From assembly GCA_977017645.1 (NCBI GenBank), contig OZ360235.1, positions 90,396,001-90,460,000 on the forward strand: DNA of 64,000 bases, read 5' to 3'. Below the pieces are notes generated by a model. The model worked only from the letters and a program-made list of their open reading frames with translations, did not search any database and had not been told where the DNA came from. This document shows, piece by piece, positions 35,324 to 48,045 of this stretch; positions within the stretch are counted from its first letter, which is position 1, and every line of letters starts with the position of its first letter. Made by a program: the position numbers and the translations under genes. Source of the stretch: Torpedo marmorata (lineage: Eukaryota).

Positions 35324-36157
35324 TATTTGACTGAAAATGCTTTCAGCTCACTTCACAATGTCGACTTGTTTTGAAGCAATACTCTTCTGCAAGGGAACAT
35401 CTCAAAGTCCTGCTCCCTTAATTCAGCCTCACTTGCATGATGAATAGAACAGGACCAGGATGTAATGGCTCACATCTCCTTCTGGGACTTGCATCCCCAG
35501 CTCACATGGTTGAGCACTTCAGCACATCCGCAACCCAAGCACTCAAGCTGCACCCTGATACAAATGCTGATTTATGGAAATAAGGACAATATTCGCGCGT
35601 GGTCCTCGAAGACGTAGGAAACTACAGCCCTCAGTTTGGAGAAGAGCCAGTTTGTAGCATGCTGAAGATGTGGAGTTCAACGCTGTACCGATCTTGAATG
35701 TCCTCTTCCCAGTTTTGGAGCTGCCGTTCCTGTTGGTGCCGCTTTTTAACATCAAGGAGGATTGGCTACAGTGTGATGTGGCATGAATTGGGGAGAAGAT
35801 CAAAGCAAGCTGCGATCATATCTGAAATAGGTTTGGATTTGAAGTTCAGCCTTGGCAGAAGCCTCTTGCCCTGTGGAATCCCTGTTGGTGATCAATAACA
35901 TTGTCTTCACTTTTGACATGGTAGATTTTCATGCACATAATTTATGGGTGTGGGTGCAAGTTTTAACAGATCTTTTGAAGAAGCTGCATGTGGCATCCTT
36001 TACCTTGCGAGTGCATTCGTTGATTGTGTAACTCAGAGACTCGTGTTTACAATCTGCTCTATTCTATTTAAATTGCTCTATCTTGGTCAAACCCTCTGCT
36101 GTTGCCTGGAGGGCTGGTTTGAGGAGAGTGGGATCGGTTTCCATGATTACTTTGTGG

Positions 36158-36372
36158 CAGAAAGCAAACTGCTGGAGGAGCTCAGCGGGTCAGGCAACAT
36201 CGAGGAGGGAACGAGATCATCAGCATTCTGGGTCACGGCCAAACATCAGCTGCTGATGCAGTCTCGACCCAAAGCGTCGACGGTCTCTTTCCCTCATTAC
36301 ATGTTGCCTGACCCACTGGGTCCGCCAACAATTTGAGTTTTGTTCCAGATTCTAGCGTCTGCAGTCTCTTAT
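36158..36372. repeat. Penelope-terminus-derived fold-back element
   Basis: Arms CTCAGCGGGTCAGGCAACAT / ATGTTGCCTGACCCACTGGG with a degenerate hammerhead (CTGATGCAGTCTCGACCCAAAGCGTCGAC) between them. Confidence 0.7.
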
Positions 36373-36949
36373 CTCTATTATGGTGCAGCACATGTGCTGC
36401 TTCTTTAGAACATCATGTTAGAACATTATGGTTTTTTTTAAATGAAGCACCCTGTACACATTAGTAAAGGGTAAAATAATGCAGTGCAGTGACATGGTCT
36501 CAGGGACATTGGTACATTTTCTGCACAAGTTCCATTAATTTTTTTTAACATGTTCTAAGTTTGTGCCATTGCATAGCGTCATCTGTGATTTAACGTTAAA
36601 CACTGCAGTCATGTTCTGGCAGTGTTATCTTCCACGCCTTCATTCCCGAAGTTGGTGAATGTCAAGGGTACTCCTAATGGGATCACAGGAGGGAATTTTG
36701 CAACTTTGCATCATTCCCTAAAATTACATCCCTCTTGTTGGTTTAACTACTCTCTTGTGGGGCATTTCTTTTGCATATGTGCGTGCATCTTCATCTGTAA
36801 ACTTTATGTCTATTTTAATTTGTCGCAGTTTATTTTTCTGATCTGAATCTGTTTTTCTGCTGTATTCAATGTGGTTTTTATTTGTGCTTTATTTTTCAAA
36901 TGATGGAAGTACTTTAACTGTAGGTCAGGTGATGTGAAGTTGAGAGGGC

Positions 36950-37420
36950 ATTGCAATCTGGTTGAGTAAAATCACCGATCAAACCAATTGCATCCACTGT
37001 TATCCAGTTGTGTTGTAGTGTTGCCATCTTCAGCTCCATGTGAAGAAGATTTTGAATGTCTTCCTTCCTGTAGGTTCAAGGTGTGGTGTGAGATGTGCTC
37101 ATATGTGTCCATTGTACATTTATGTATTTCTTCTCAGGTAGATAATCTGACAATGGAATCTTGTCAACACATCTTTGACAATTAATTGCACCCTATTCTC
37201 TGTCTTTGAGATTTGATATGAAATGGTATTTGTGCGTTTAGTAACGGCTGCATGTTTTGCTGTTTTACTGTCTGTATTCAAGTTACTTCAATCAGCAACA
37301 TTTCGCTCTTTGGAGCTCTCTTGAGAATCAAATGTAGTTCCATCAAGTCTTGCCATACTCCTTGTATTTTGTGAGACCTCGGGTAACTTTGTTGACAGAG
37401 TGCTCTCCGTGTAACTTAGT
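36950..37420 (-). pseudogene. Possible very old Gypsy pol relic
   Basis: Scattered minus-strand peptides KYKE, QPLLNAQIPFHIKSQ, AHLTPHLE, EDIQNLL in the order expected for the Gypsy RT N-terminus; many stops; weak. Confidence 0.25.
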
Positions 37421-39519
37421 GAACAAAGTGCACTGAGTACATATGTGAACAAGAAGAACTGTTTCTCCAGAACATTTTTGTATGTTGATCACAGCTGAGT
37501 TCTTAATGAGACAGCTTCACGTACAGGAGCAGGCTTCTCCTATCGAGGATATATTTTCTAATGTTATATTGAACCCAACTTGCAGTAGCAATGTTGAGGT
37601 TTTCCATTCAACAAAAAAGGATTCTGTATTTACGTCATGGAGAACACCCAGGGAAAATAAATAGGGAAATTGGGTTGATGGATTTGATTTGAAAACTGGC
37701 ATAGACGTGATGGGCTGAATTTCCTCTTCCGATACGATATGAATTACAATGTTCTGAAACCTTTAAAGCACTTTAAAGCAAAATAAATACTTTTGGTGAG
37801 TAGCCACATGTTGGAAATGTGAAATGCAGAAACCAATGTGCACACAGGAAGATTCTACAACCAGGAATGTGAGGTTTGTACCACAAGTTGAGTGATAGTT
37901 ATTGGCCAAGATAGAACTTCACGAAAGATACCATGATGTTTTCAATTCTAATGTTAACCTTCACCTTGAGAGAAAAGACAAATCATCTTATCTGAGAGGA
38001 GGCACCTCAGACAACAGGATTCTCTCACACTGCGTTATAGTCCTAACCAGGATTTTATATTCGGGTTTCTACAGTGCAGCCAAAATCCACAACCTTCTCC
38101 CTCAGAAGCAGGAATCCTCCTATTACTGAGCCAATGGTGGTACCTGTTAACTGAATGATGAAAAAGCTCTCACGTGAAAAAGACATCAAATTTTATCATG
38201 TTCATCCCTAGAGTCATTAAGCCCAAACTCTGTATGAAAGTACAAAGCAGTGGTGACAGACCAGCAGAGCACAGGAGGAAGACCAGGGGGTTTAGGTTCC
38301 ATCTGGCTTGGTGCAGTCAGTAGATATGGAGAATCCTTGCTGGAGGAGCCAGGAGGAGTGAACGTTATTGCCAGCAAAAGCTGTCCACTTGAAGGGATCA
38401 CAGAACTATTGAACATCAAGAAACTGCAGGTGCTATAATCCAATGTAAAAACAGAATTTGCAGGAAATAATATCACTTTGGCTTATTAACTAAAGCCAGT
38501 GAATTCAGACAGAGGTGACAAGTTTGGCCAGAGATTGATGGACATATAAGCAGTAAATAAATGAAAAGACCTGGGATCGTGGATGTTAAACATGGGCCAA
38601 ACTCGGAATCATTCTCATTCCTTATACATGCCTCCTTTGAGGATGTGTGTTGCCAGATTCATAATCAAGGATATTGCTGCTTACAGCACATTCTGAAGCC
38701 ATTCACACCCTTCATGTATGGCAGCAGTTGTTTATACAATGTGATATATAATAGAGGACAAGAACCGCCGCTTCCATCTGGTTTGTTCTTTTCAAAGAGG
38801 AAGGAGAATGTGAAAGAAATAGCGCAGAATTTTTATGTCTGAAATGCAATGAGAAGCAGAAATTTATTCATGTTATTTGGTGTTTTCAATGGTTCCGAAT
38901 TTCTGTAGATAAAGGGGAAAATATTTTCAGAGTATTGAGCATCTACTTTTTTAATCTTCTACCATTATGCATGGCATGCGCAAGTCAGAAGATGATTCAT
39001 GCTTGTCGATAATGCTTGATGCTTTCATGGGGACTCGATGTGGTGTTAATTATAAAGGGAAGGGTCTACACCATGTGGTCCAGTCATCAAAGTAGCTGAC
39101 AAATATAATGAACCATTTGGGCTTCTTTCCATTTCATCTTCCAATGAGGAGAAAGCATTTCCTTCTGCCTCAGGCAAGCCAGACAATTTAAGGCCTGACT
39201 CTCACCTGACAGTGAATAATGAATCGCCCAATTACCTCCAGCTGTTGAATGTGCCTCAGCAGCAGAAATATGGCTTGCTCCTTCATGAATGGTTATTGGA
39301 CAATGGGTGCTTGGAAATCCACACAAAATTAGGGCAGATTACAAATAGAGTAAGCTTCATTTCAGCTGTTTTGTAACTGGCTCCCAATCATTTCTGTTGG
39401 ACAAAATAATCCGCTCTGCAAATTTTAGACTATTTTTAAACTTGAAGGTGACTGGAGCCCATGACCCTTCAACTGCCAAGTTTCAGACTGTCCTCAACAC
39501 ACTTAGAGGTTGCCCATTA

Positions 39520-39759
39520 GGGTGGCACGGTTATCGTAGCAGTTAGCGCAACACTATTACAGCGCCAGGACCCGGGTTCGAATCCTGCGCTGTTGGCAAG
39601 GTGTTTGTACGTTCTCCCCGTGTCTGCGTGGGTTTGCTCTGGGTGCTGTAAAAACACAGAAATGCTGGATAAACTCAGCAGGTCTCGCAGTGTCCATAGG
39701 AGGTAAAGATATATTACTGACATTTCGGGCTGTAAAGTCGGTAATATATCTTTGCCTAC
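39520..39759 (+). mobile_element. Truncated V-SINE (39520-39645) joined to a Penelope-derived fold-back (39648-39759)
   Basis: GGGTGGCACGG..GGGTTCGAATCC..V core, then AAAACACAGAAATGCTGG..AAAGATATATTAC / GTAATATATCTTT inverted arms. Confidence 0.8.
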
Positions 39760-39867
39760 TGTAAGAGCCGTAGGCTCAATAACTTACCTTGGTCGCGGTG
39801 CTCCGATGCCTCGACGGGTTATGGAGAAGTCGCGACGTTCGTAGGCCGTCCTCGGCCTGTTTGTGCT

Positions 39868-40030
39868 CTGCGCATGCGCTGGAGTGCCGACGGGCGCATG
39901 CGCAGTGTGAAATTGACGTCGTTGTGCGCGGTGTAGTGTGGGAGATGTAGTGTGCGCGGTGGAGCGTGCGCAGTGGAATAGGAGCGATGGAGCATGCGCG
40001 AATCGGAAAGAATAGGGAAAAGATGGCGAC
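39868..40030 (+). promoter_or_regulatory. CpG-rich LTR promoter-like cluster (NRF1-like, CRE-like and YY1-like motifs)
   Basis: TGCGCATGCGC (39869-39879), GCGCATGCGCA (39894-39904), TGACGTCG (~39914), AAGATGGCG (~40020). Motif matches only. Confidence 0.45.
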
Positions 40031-40813
40031 GTAGGAGGGTGAGTGAGATCGCCATATCTTTTATTGACCATTTCATAGCGTTTCATAGATCACTTCATCG
40101 AGCTTTTAAACTAGTTTATTTGTGGTTTAAAGTAGTTTAATTGAACATCTGAATACAGTCAAAAGGAATCATTTAAAGGAACTCATACATCGTTTTCAAG
40201 AACTGTTTATTTTTAAGTCATTGAAGATTACTGCAAGTCACATGTGTAAATAAAGTTTTTGAACATATTGGACTTTGTTGGTAAATTAATTGAAACGTGT
40301 CAAAGACAAGTATCTCACTTAGCCTCCAAGTGACTATTGTTGGATCGAAGTCACTATATTTAGTCAATAAAAGTGGATGTTTGGAACAGAAAATTGAAGG
40401 AAAGAAGATAGAATAATCTCTCTGTGCTTTGGACTGATATTTAAAATAAATGGTGGCCATCTTGAAGATGCCTCGAGTTGGGGGCAGTTTGTAATCCACA
40501 TCCATCTGCCATGAGTAACAGCCAGAGAGGGATTTAAAGCTTCAAATCTTATAGTAAAGTGTATTATAAATACGTTGGAGAAACCATTTTTGGAAAATCA
40601 GCTGTATTATTGACAGATGTTGTGGTTGAAACTCATTTGTGAATAGCAGCACATTACAGTCATTTGAAGTGGTAGGCATAAGTCTGTGGACTCCTTCTGT
40701 GTATCTTTGGCAAGTAAGAACACAGATTGGAATTGCTGCCACTGGTCCATTGGGGACTGTTGATTTGGCTAGTGTTGTGTATGCTTGAAGGACAGAGGAA
40801 CAAGACGAGTAAA

Positions 40814-43800
40814 ATGGCCGCAGCAGCCACTGATGTATCAGCAGCTGACGCAGCAACCGCTGATGTAGCTATTGAGGACCAACGTATTGAAGACATGAAG
40901 GTTGCGGATATTAAAGAAGAATTGAAGTGACTGAAACTAGCTATAAGTGGAAATAAAAAGATTCTCATCGCAAGATTGAAGCTGGCAAAGGATGAAGAGG
41001 CAACTTCATTAGACGAACAAGAAGATAACGTGGAAATGGCTGAAATTGTGTCACCAAATGATGAAGAAATTGAAGAGGTTGAAGATGCAAAGTATATACA
41101 ATTCGAATTGGATAAAGAGGTAAGTATAAAGACAACATATGAACTACAGGACGAAATACAAGCAAGTGACAGTGTCTCAAATGTTGAAAGCAGGAGAAGC
41201 AAACGAAGTTCTGGTTTGAGCTCCAGAGTTTCTCGTACTTCAAGTTCTGCATCGTCACGTACAAGGAATGATGTTAAATTGGCCACTCTTCTTGCACAAC
41301 AAAAATTTCTTAAGGATAAACATGTTTTAGAAGAACAGGAGGAGGAACTAAGAAAGGGACAAGAGCAGCTAAGAAAGAGAAAAGAGCAGCATGAGCTGGA
41401 AACAGATATTGCTATTGCCATAGCCAGAAAGAAAGCAATAGAAGGCTCAATAGTATCTGGTGCTCGAAGTAAATTATCTAAAGTATCTGATAATAAAAGG
41501 TCATATTTAAAAAAAGAGTCACAGGAAAAAAAAACAACCAAAAGGATAGATATTTTAGAACCAAGGATACAAGACTTGCATATACAAGGACAAATCTTTC
41601 AAGAGCATATTGGTAACGAGTCACATGTACCAGTGGTAATATCTGAAAGCAAAGCTGCGGCTTGGGTTCGGTCGAACGATGCAGCTTCCTTGTTATTTGA
41701 GTCAAGCAACAGAAATATGGAAGAAACTACACCAGTGAGATTTCCAGATACATTACCTGCAACAAGAGACGGTGAACAGAGCAATGTATTGTCATCCAAG
41801 GAAAGACAAAATGAAATTGCTGCATCATTGTTTCAGTTACAGTCTCTCTTCTTTACCCAAGAAAGAGATACAAACTTTTGATGGTGATCCACTTCAGTAT
41901 CAATCATTTATGAGATCTTTCAAACGTAATATTGAAAATAAATGTCAAGATCGTGATGAATGTCTTTATTATTTGGAAATGTTCACAAAGGGACATCCAA
42001 AAGAACTGGTAAAGAGTTGTAAACAAATGTCTTCAGAAAGAGGATTAGACAAAGCTAAGGCTTTACTAGAACAACATTTTGGCAACAAGCATCGAATTGC
42101 TTTAGCTTATATAGATAAAGCTCTTAAATGGACATCAATAAAACAAAATGATGTAAAGGCTCTGCAAGAATATACTCTGTTTTTAAGAGGATGTTGTAAT
42201 GCTATTGAAGATATCGATAATATTCGTGAGCTTGAAGTGCATAGTAATATGCGAATCATCTTAGAAAAATTACCTTACAAGTTATGGGATAGATGGAGAA
42301 ATTTGGCTTGTGATTTACATGTAAATTACGGTCGAAAAACTACCTTAAAGGATTTGGTAAATTTTCTTGAACAACAGGTGTACGTTGAAACAGATCCACT
42401 ATTTGGAAATGCTAGAGATAATTCAATGGGAAAAGATGTAAGGAGGTCTAACTCACAGCCTAGTCCGAAATTGAAAAGGAGTACTTTTGCTACTAATGTG
42501 TCAGTTATAAATAAAGAAAAGGACAAAGTAAATAAGGAAAAGGAAAGTTTGCCTAATGAAAAGAGTTGTTTGTTCTGTAAAGGTGGACATGCTTTGGAAA
42601 TGTGTTTACGATTGGAAAAGAAGGAACATAAGGAGAAGATCGCTTTCTTGAAGGAAAATGGAATGTTTTAGCTGTCTGTGTAAAGGGCACATCAGTAAAA
42701 ACTGCGAGAAGCGAATTAATTGTAACATATGCAATTTGAAACATCCTAGAATTTTGCATATCCATCAAAGAAACAAGGAATTAGAAAAGGAGCAAACAGA
42801 AACAAAGGAAACAACAGAAAACAATGTTATAACCTCGGTTCAGACAAGTGGTCTTACCGGGGCCGGTGTGGATAACTGCAAACTTTCGATAGTGCCTGTA
42901 CAAGTCAAGACCAAGAAAGGGGATGCAATAGTAAAAACATATGCATTTCTAGACCCAGGCAGCACTGCATCTTTTTGCACGGAAGGACTAATGAACAAAC
43001 TTGATATTCAAGGAAGAAAATCAAGAATTATGTTAAAAACCATGGGACAAGAAAAGGTCGTTGAAACCAGCATTGTTTCAGGCTTACAGGTTGCTGGATT
43101 ATATGACAAAAAATTTTGTGATCTTCCAAGTTTATATATTCAGATGACTATGCCTGTGCATGAAAGAAATATTCCTCATCAAAAAGATATCCATCATTTA
43201 GCTTATCTGTGGAAGGTTTATTTACCTCAAATTAATTCTGAGATAGAAATGCTGATTGGTTCAGATGTGCCAAAGATTTTGGAACCACTAGAAGTAATAC
43301 AGAGTAAAAGGAATGGACCTTACGCTATTAGAACCAAGCTTGGTTGGACAATCAGTGGACCACTGGAAAGAAATAATGATATTGCTCAGGAACAGTTAGC
43401 AATAAATATTAATAGAATTTCGGTTGTGAAAGTTGAAGAGTTAAGCGAAGAGCAAAAAACTGTGAATAAGAAAATCACTTTTGAAGAAAAGAAAACAGAT
43501 CAATGTGAAAATAAATCAAGGGTATTTAAAACAACATTGAAGGAATTGTTTTCACCAAAAATGAATGAAAGTGAAGTATTAGAAGATGTTGCAAATAATA
43601 CTATTGATTGTTCATGTGTAATTGAATCAGATACAGGAATAAAACAAGTGACTGAAAACAAATCTGAATGTAGATTTTGTAGTTCAGAGATTGCAACAAA
43701 CAAAGCGAATGAAGAAATATTGCAATGTGATGTAAAACTGGAGAACACAGAAAATTGTGCTGATGGAATAAAGAATAATGTGAATGATAATTTAATGCAA

Positions 43801-44270
43801 TTGAATTCAGAGAACAAAATGTTGAAAGGGGAATTGGAAATATTAGATAATCATGAAAACAGTAAACAGAAAGATTTAATTGTAAGTAAAATTCGCAGTC
43901 AGAAAACGGAAGAAAAGAATAACTGCTGAAGAAATGAACACAGTTATTGAAGAAAGAGATTCAGCATTATCAAAATGTAAAAGGTTGGAGGAAGAGATTA
44001 ATATTTTGAAAGAGAACAAGTTATTGGTTAATAACACAAAACAGTTGACTTTAAAAAACAATCAAGAATGTAAATTGAATGTTCAGCAATTAACAATGCA
44101 GAAAGAATGTGATATTGCATTTCAGAAATGTAACAAGCAAGATGAAGAAATTAAAAAATTTCAAGTTTGCCGCAGTAAGATTGACAATGGAAATATCAAT
44201 GTATCACATGATATTTTGACTTCAGATCAAATTATTAATTTCTCGGAAAGAACTGAGACTGAATTCAGGC
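40814..44270 (+). pseudogene. Disrupted BEL/Pao polyprotein: SAP-like domain, Gag, zinc knuckles, protease, coiled-coil extension
   Basis: ATG at 40814; one in-frame TGA (40928-40930); frameshifts near 41845, 42660 and 43925 join ORFs 40727/40976, 41772, 42658 and 43934. Confidence 0.85.
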
Positions 44271-44275
44271 CAGCG

Positions 44276-44640
44276 ACCTGAGGGAGTTTTATAAAATCAT
44301 GAGGGGCAGAGATAAAGTGAATGCTCATAGTTTTTTTTAACCCCAGGAGAGATGATTCCAGAACTATAGGGCATAGGTTTAAGGTGGCAAGGCAGAGATT
44401 TAAGAGGCACCCAAGGAGCAAATGTTTCACTCAGAGGGTGGTCTGTATCTGGAATGAGTTGCCAGAGGAAGCTATGGAAGTGGATACAATTAGAATGCTC
44501 AAAATAAATGTGGACAAGTAGGAAAGGCTAAGAAGAATATGGACCAAATGGAGGGAAATGGGACTACCCCAGAATGCCAACTTGGTCAGCATGGACGAGT
44601 TGAGCCAAAGGGCCTGTTCTGTGCTATGTGACTTCATGAT
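44276..44640 (+). mobile_element. CR1 LINE 3' end
   Basis: SRTIGHRFKV..FTQRVVCIWNELPEE; tail AAGGGCCTGTTCTGTGCTATG. Confidence 0.85.
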
Positions 44641-44914
44641 GGTACAGCTGCAGGCCAGCTTGGGAACATCATGTCCACCTGCTGTCACAGATCTCAGCTT
44701 ACATCACTTGGAATCTCAGGGTTTCCTCCTCAGGGGGGTCTGCTGCTGTATCATCTGCTGCTGTGCACCTCACACCCCTGAGGCCACTGCTGATACCTGC
44801 CAGATCTCTAGATCTACTAATGATTTTTCAAGGCCAGTTCTTCTCAGGAAATGCCAAGCAACGTGGACGCTGTTATCATGCCCCGTTCTTCGGCTCTGGT
44901 GCCCGATCACTCTT

Positions 44915-47900
44915 TTAAAAAAAAAAAAAATTATTTAAAATTTTTAATCACACGATATTACATGTTTATAAATTTCAGAAATATCAAAATACATGTGATA
45001 TATTTTCACCCTCCCCTCCCTCCCTTCCCCCTCCCTAACCCACCCACCCCTACTACTCTAATAAAAAAAGATAGAGAAGAAAAAAAGGAATAGATAGTGG
45101 AGAATGTCAATCTAAAAGAAACCAACTTACATTAATTTTATTGGGGAACACAGGTTCGCCAGTAAGACCCGATATCAAGAGATCTTCAAATCTTTAAACC
45201 CACAGTTTTTATATATGGGCTCCATACCTTCAAAAAGAAATAATATTTATTACGTAAATTATAGGTAATTTTTTCAAGTGGTATGCATGAACGAAGTTCT
45301 GCATGCCATCTTTCTTACCCTAAATCTACATCAAATTTCCATGTAATAGCAATGCATTTCCTTGAAACAGCTAAAGGAATTCGCAAAAATTCTATTTGGT
45401 ACATATTTAATCTCATTTTAATACTAATTATTTTAATATCTCCAAACAGAAATATCATAGGATTCATTGGGAGTGTAATTCTTAATACTTTGTCTAAAAA
45501 CTTTTTAACTTTCAACCAAAAAGCATGTATCTTTGGACAAAACCACGTAGAATGTACAAAAGAACCTTCTTCCCTATTACATCTAAAACATAAATCTGAT
45601 AATCTCGAGTTAAATTTCTTTAATTTCTTAGGCGTTAAATATAATTGATGCAAAAAATTATATTGTACTAGCCTATATCTAATATTAATAATTTTAGTCA
45701 TACTTTGTTTACATATTTCTTTCCAATGTTCCTCATCTATTGTTATATTCAAATCTGATTCCCATTTTAATCTTGATTTATGAATTCCTGAAGTGCATAA
45801 AAGAGTTTTGAATAAATTGTTCATCTTCCGTATTTGGCACATATACATTCATAAGTATCCACATTTCTGAGTATATTTAACAATTTATTAAAATGTATCT
45901 TCCTGCAACATCTATAACCACAGATTGTATTTTAAAAGGTAACTTTTTATTAATTACTATAGCAACTCCTTTTGCTTTAGAATTAGATGAAGACGCTACC
46001 ACTTGACCAACCCATTCTCTTTTCAACTTTTGATGTTCTATTTCTGTCAAATGTGTCTCTTGTAAAAAAGCTATATCAACTTTTAACTTTTTAATATATG
46101 CTAAAGTTTTCTTCCTTTTTATCTGATTATTTAGCCCATTTATATTAATACTTATTACATTTATTGATTTACTATCCGCCATTTCTAATATTTAGTAACT
46201 CTCTCTCCATCAGACCGACCGGTTCCCCCTTCCACATTTGTAATATACTTGACACCTCCTTAGAAAAGAAAGAAAAAGAAAAAATAAAAAACTAAAAAAC
46301 CCACTATATAATATAAAAAAAATAATACTGGTATATTTACACCAGTACTACCACCCTCTATTGTTCGGGAAGTGGCCCTCACCACTAAGGTGATGTGTGA
46401 TTAGGTACGGAGAAGACAAAAAGTCCACCCCCCCCCAACAGATTTTACATAGCATTTGTTATCATTTCTTCATCCAACTTCTTCCAGCTCTCTATTAACT
46501 TGATCTTCATCTCTTTCGACTCCATCTTCTTGTCCTGACGCTCTTGGTGAAGACAAATCACGAGCCGGTTCCATAATAACTTGATGTTGCCCCATCAGTT
46601 CTTGATCTTTCCTTAATTCCAGAAGTGAATTTGCATACCTCAAAGCTTCTTGATGATCAGTAAAAAAGAATGACTGATTCTCTCCAGACTGTACCTTCAA
46701 TGTCGCAGTATATCTGAATGAAAATTTATATCCTTTACTCCAAAAAATTGCTTTCGCTGGGTTAAATTCTTTTCATTTTTTAATTATTACTGCGCTTAGA
46801 TCAGCATAAAAAATACCCTATTTTTATTAATTATCAATGGACTCTGGTTCATTCTAGCATTTTGAACAGCTAATATCAATATCTTCTCTTTATCCTGGGA
46901 ACGGAGACATCTGATTAAACACTGAACATGGCCTTTTCCAGGATTCGGTTTCTTTCTGCTATCTCTATGAGCTCTATCTAATTCAAGTCCATTCGGAAAG
47001 TGTTCAATACCCAAAATTTCTGGAATCCAATCTTGAAAAAAATCAGTTATGTTCACCCATTCAAAATCTTCGGGCAATCCCACGATTTTAACATTATTTC
47101 TCCGACTCTGATTTTCCAATACATCTATTTTTTGTAAAAGTTCATTTCTTTGTTGCTCCCAACCTGTAAATGAGTCTTCCACTTTATCTACTCTATCTTT
47201 ATAATACACCATTTCTTCATAGTGCTCTTTAACATCTTTTTCAATTTTTTGGACTTTCGATATTACATTATCCACAGTATTTATATGTTTTTTCATATCT
47301 TGTTTCATGTCTCTCATTTCTTCCTTAATTCCATTAAATCTAAATTCCATGCGTTGATTCATCTTTGACACTTGTTTCGTTAAATTATCCATAGCTTTAA
47401 TCAAAATCTCTGATATTTCTTGTTTAGCCTCGGGTAATTGAGCCTCCTTTCCACTTAATTCTTCATCCTCTCCCTCCATTTCTTCTATTACTTCCTCCAT
47501 TTCTTCATCTTTCTCTCTCCTTTCGTCCTCTTACTCCGTTGATGATGAGAAATCCTGTCCAACATCATACTGAAATGATTGAAGGACTCTTCTTTTGCCG
47601 TCAGCCTTAGCTGACAGCTCCCGTTCTTTATCGCGCATACGCACCGTTTCTCGCAAGTGCGATCGTTCACTCTCGGGTTGTAGTTCCTCAGTCTTCCTTC
47701 GAGCGCCAGCGCCAGCGCCATCTTCCCCAGCTCCCCGGGGGGACGGCTCTGGCGCTGCAGTTACCTTAACCGTCCTTGTCCGCATCTTCCTGGGAGGGAG
47801 AGAAACTTGATCCCGAGGCTCCATCGCTAAGGTAGGCCGATCTTCCTCTTGAATTGAACTTTCCTGAAGCACTACTTTCTTTGACTTTTGCTCCTTCCCT

Positions 47901-48045
47901 TTTCTTGTAGTCATTCTTCAATCGTTAATAAACAATCTTAACTTTTTTTAATAACTAAATAAAGTTTTTTTTAACAGGTTTTAATTAATTCTGTAGGGAG
48001 AGGTGTATTTCCACGTCTCCAACCTACGCAATCACGCCACGCCCC
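44915..48045 (-). mobile_element. L1 element with both ends and most of ORF2 deleted (HAL1-like #1)
   Basis: 13-bp TSD CCCGATCACTCTT (44902-44914, 48046-48058); ORF1 ~46470-47914 (LENQSRRNNVKIVGLPE, LELDRAHR); ORF2 EN start (ININGLNNQIKR, FLQETH) joined at ~45795 to the C-terminal Cys region (CFRC..HSTWFCP). Confidence 0.93.

Larger units (their letters stand above)
39760..44270 (+). mobile_element. BEL/Pao LTR retrotransposon derivative (putative 5' LTR/UTR, gag-protease, no RT/RNase H/integrase), 3' end lost
   Basis: Begins TGTAAGAG; Pao-type Gag (LPKKEIQTFDGDPLQYQSF, ILEKLP..LWDRW); three Cys/His knuckles; aspartic protease AFLDPGSTASF; GPYAIRTKLGWTISGP. Confidence 0.9.

Noticed and set aside
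40660-41541. 293-aa minus-strand ORF
   Set aside because: Ser/Phe/Leu-rich antisense shadow of the Glu/Lys-rich Gag frame.
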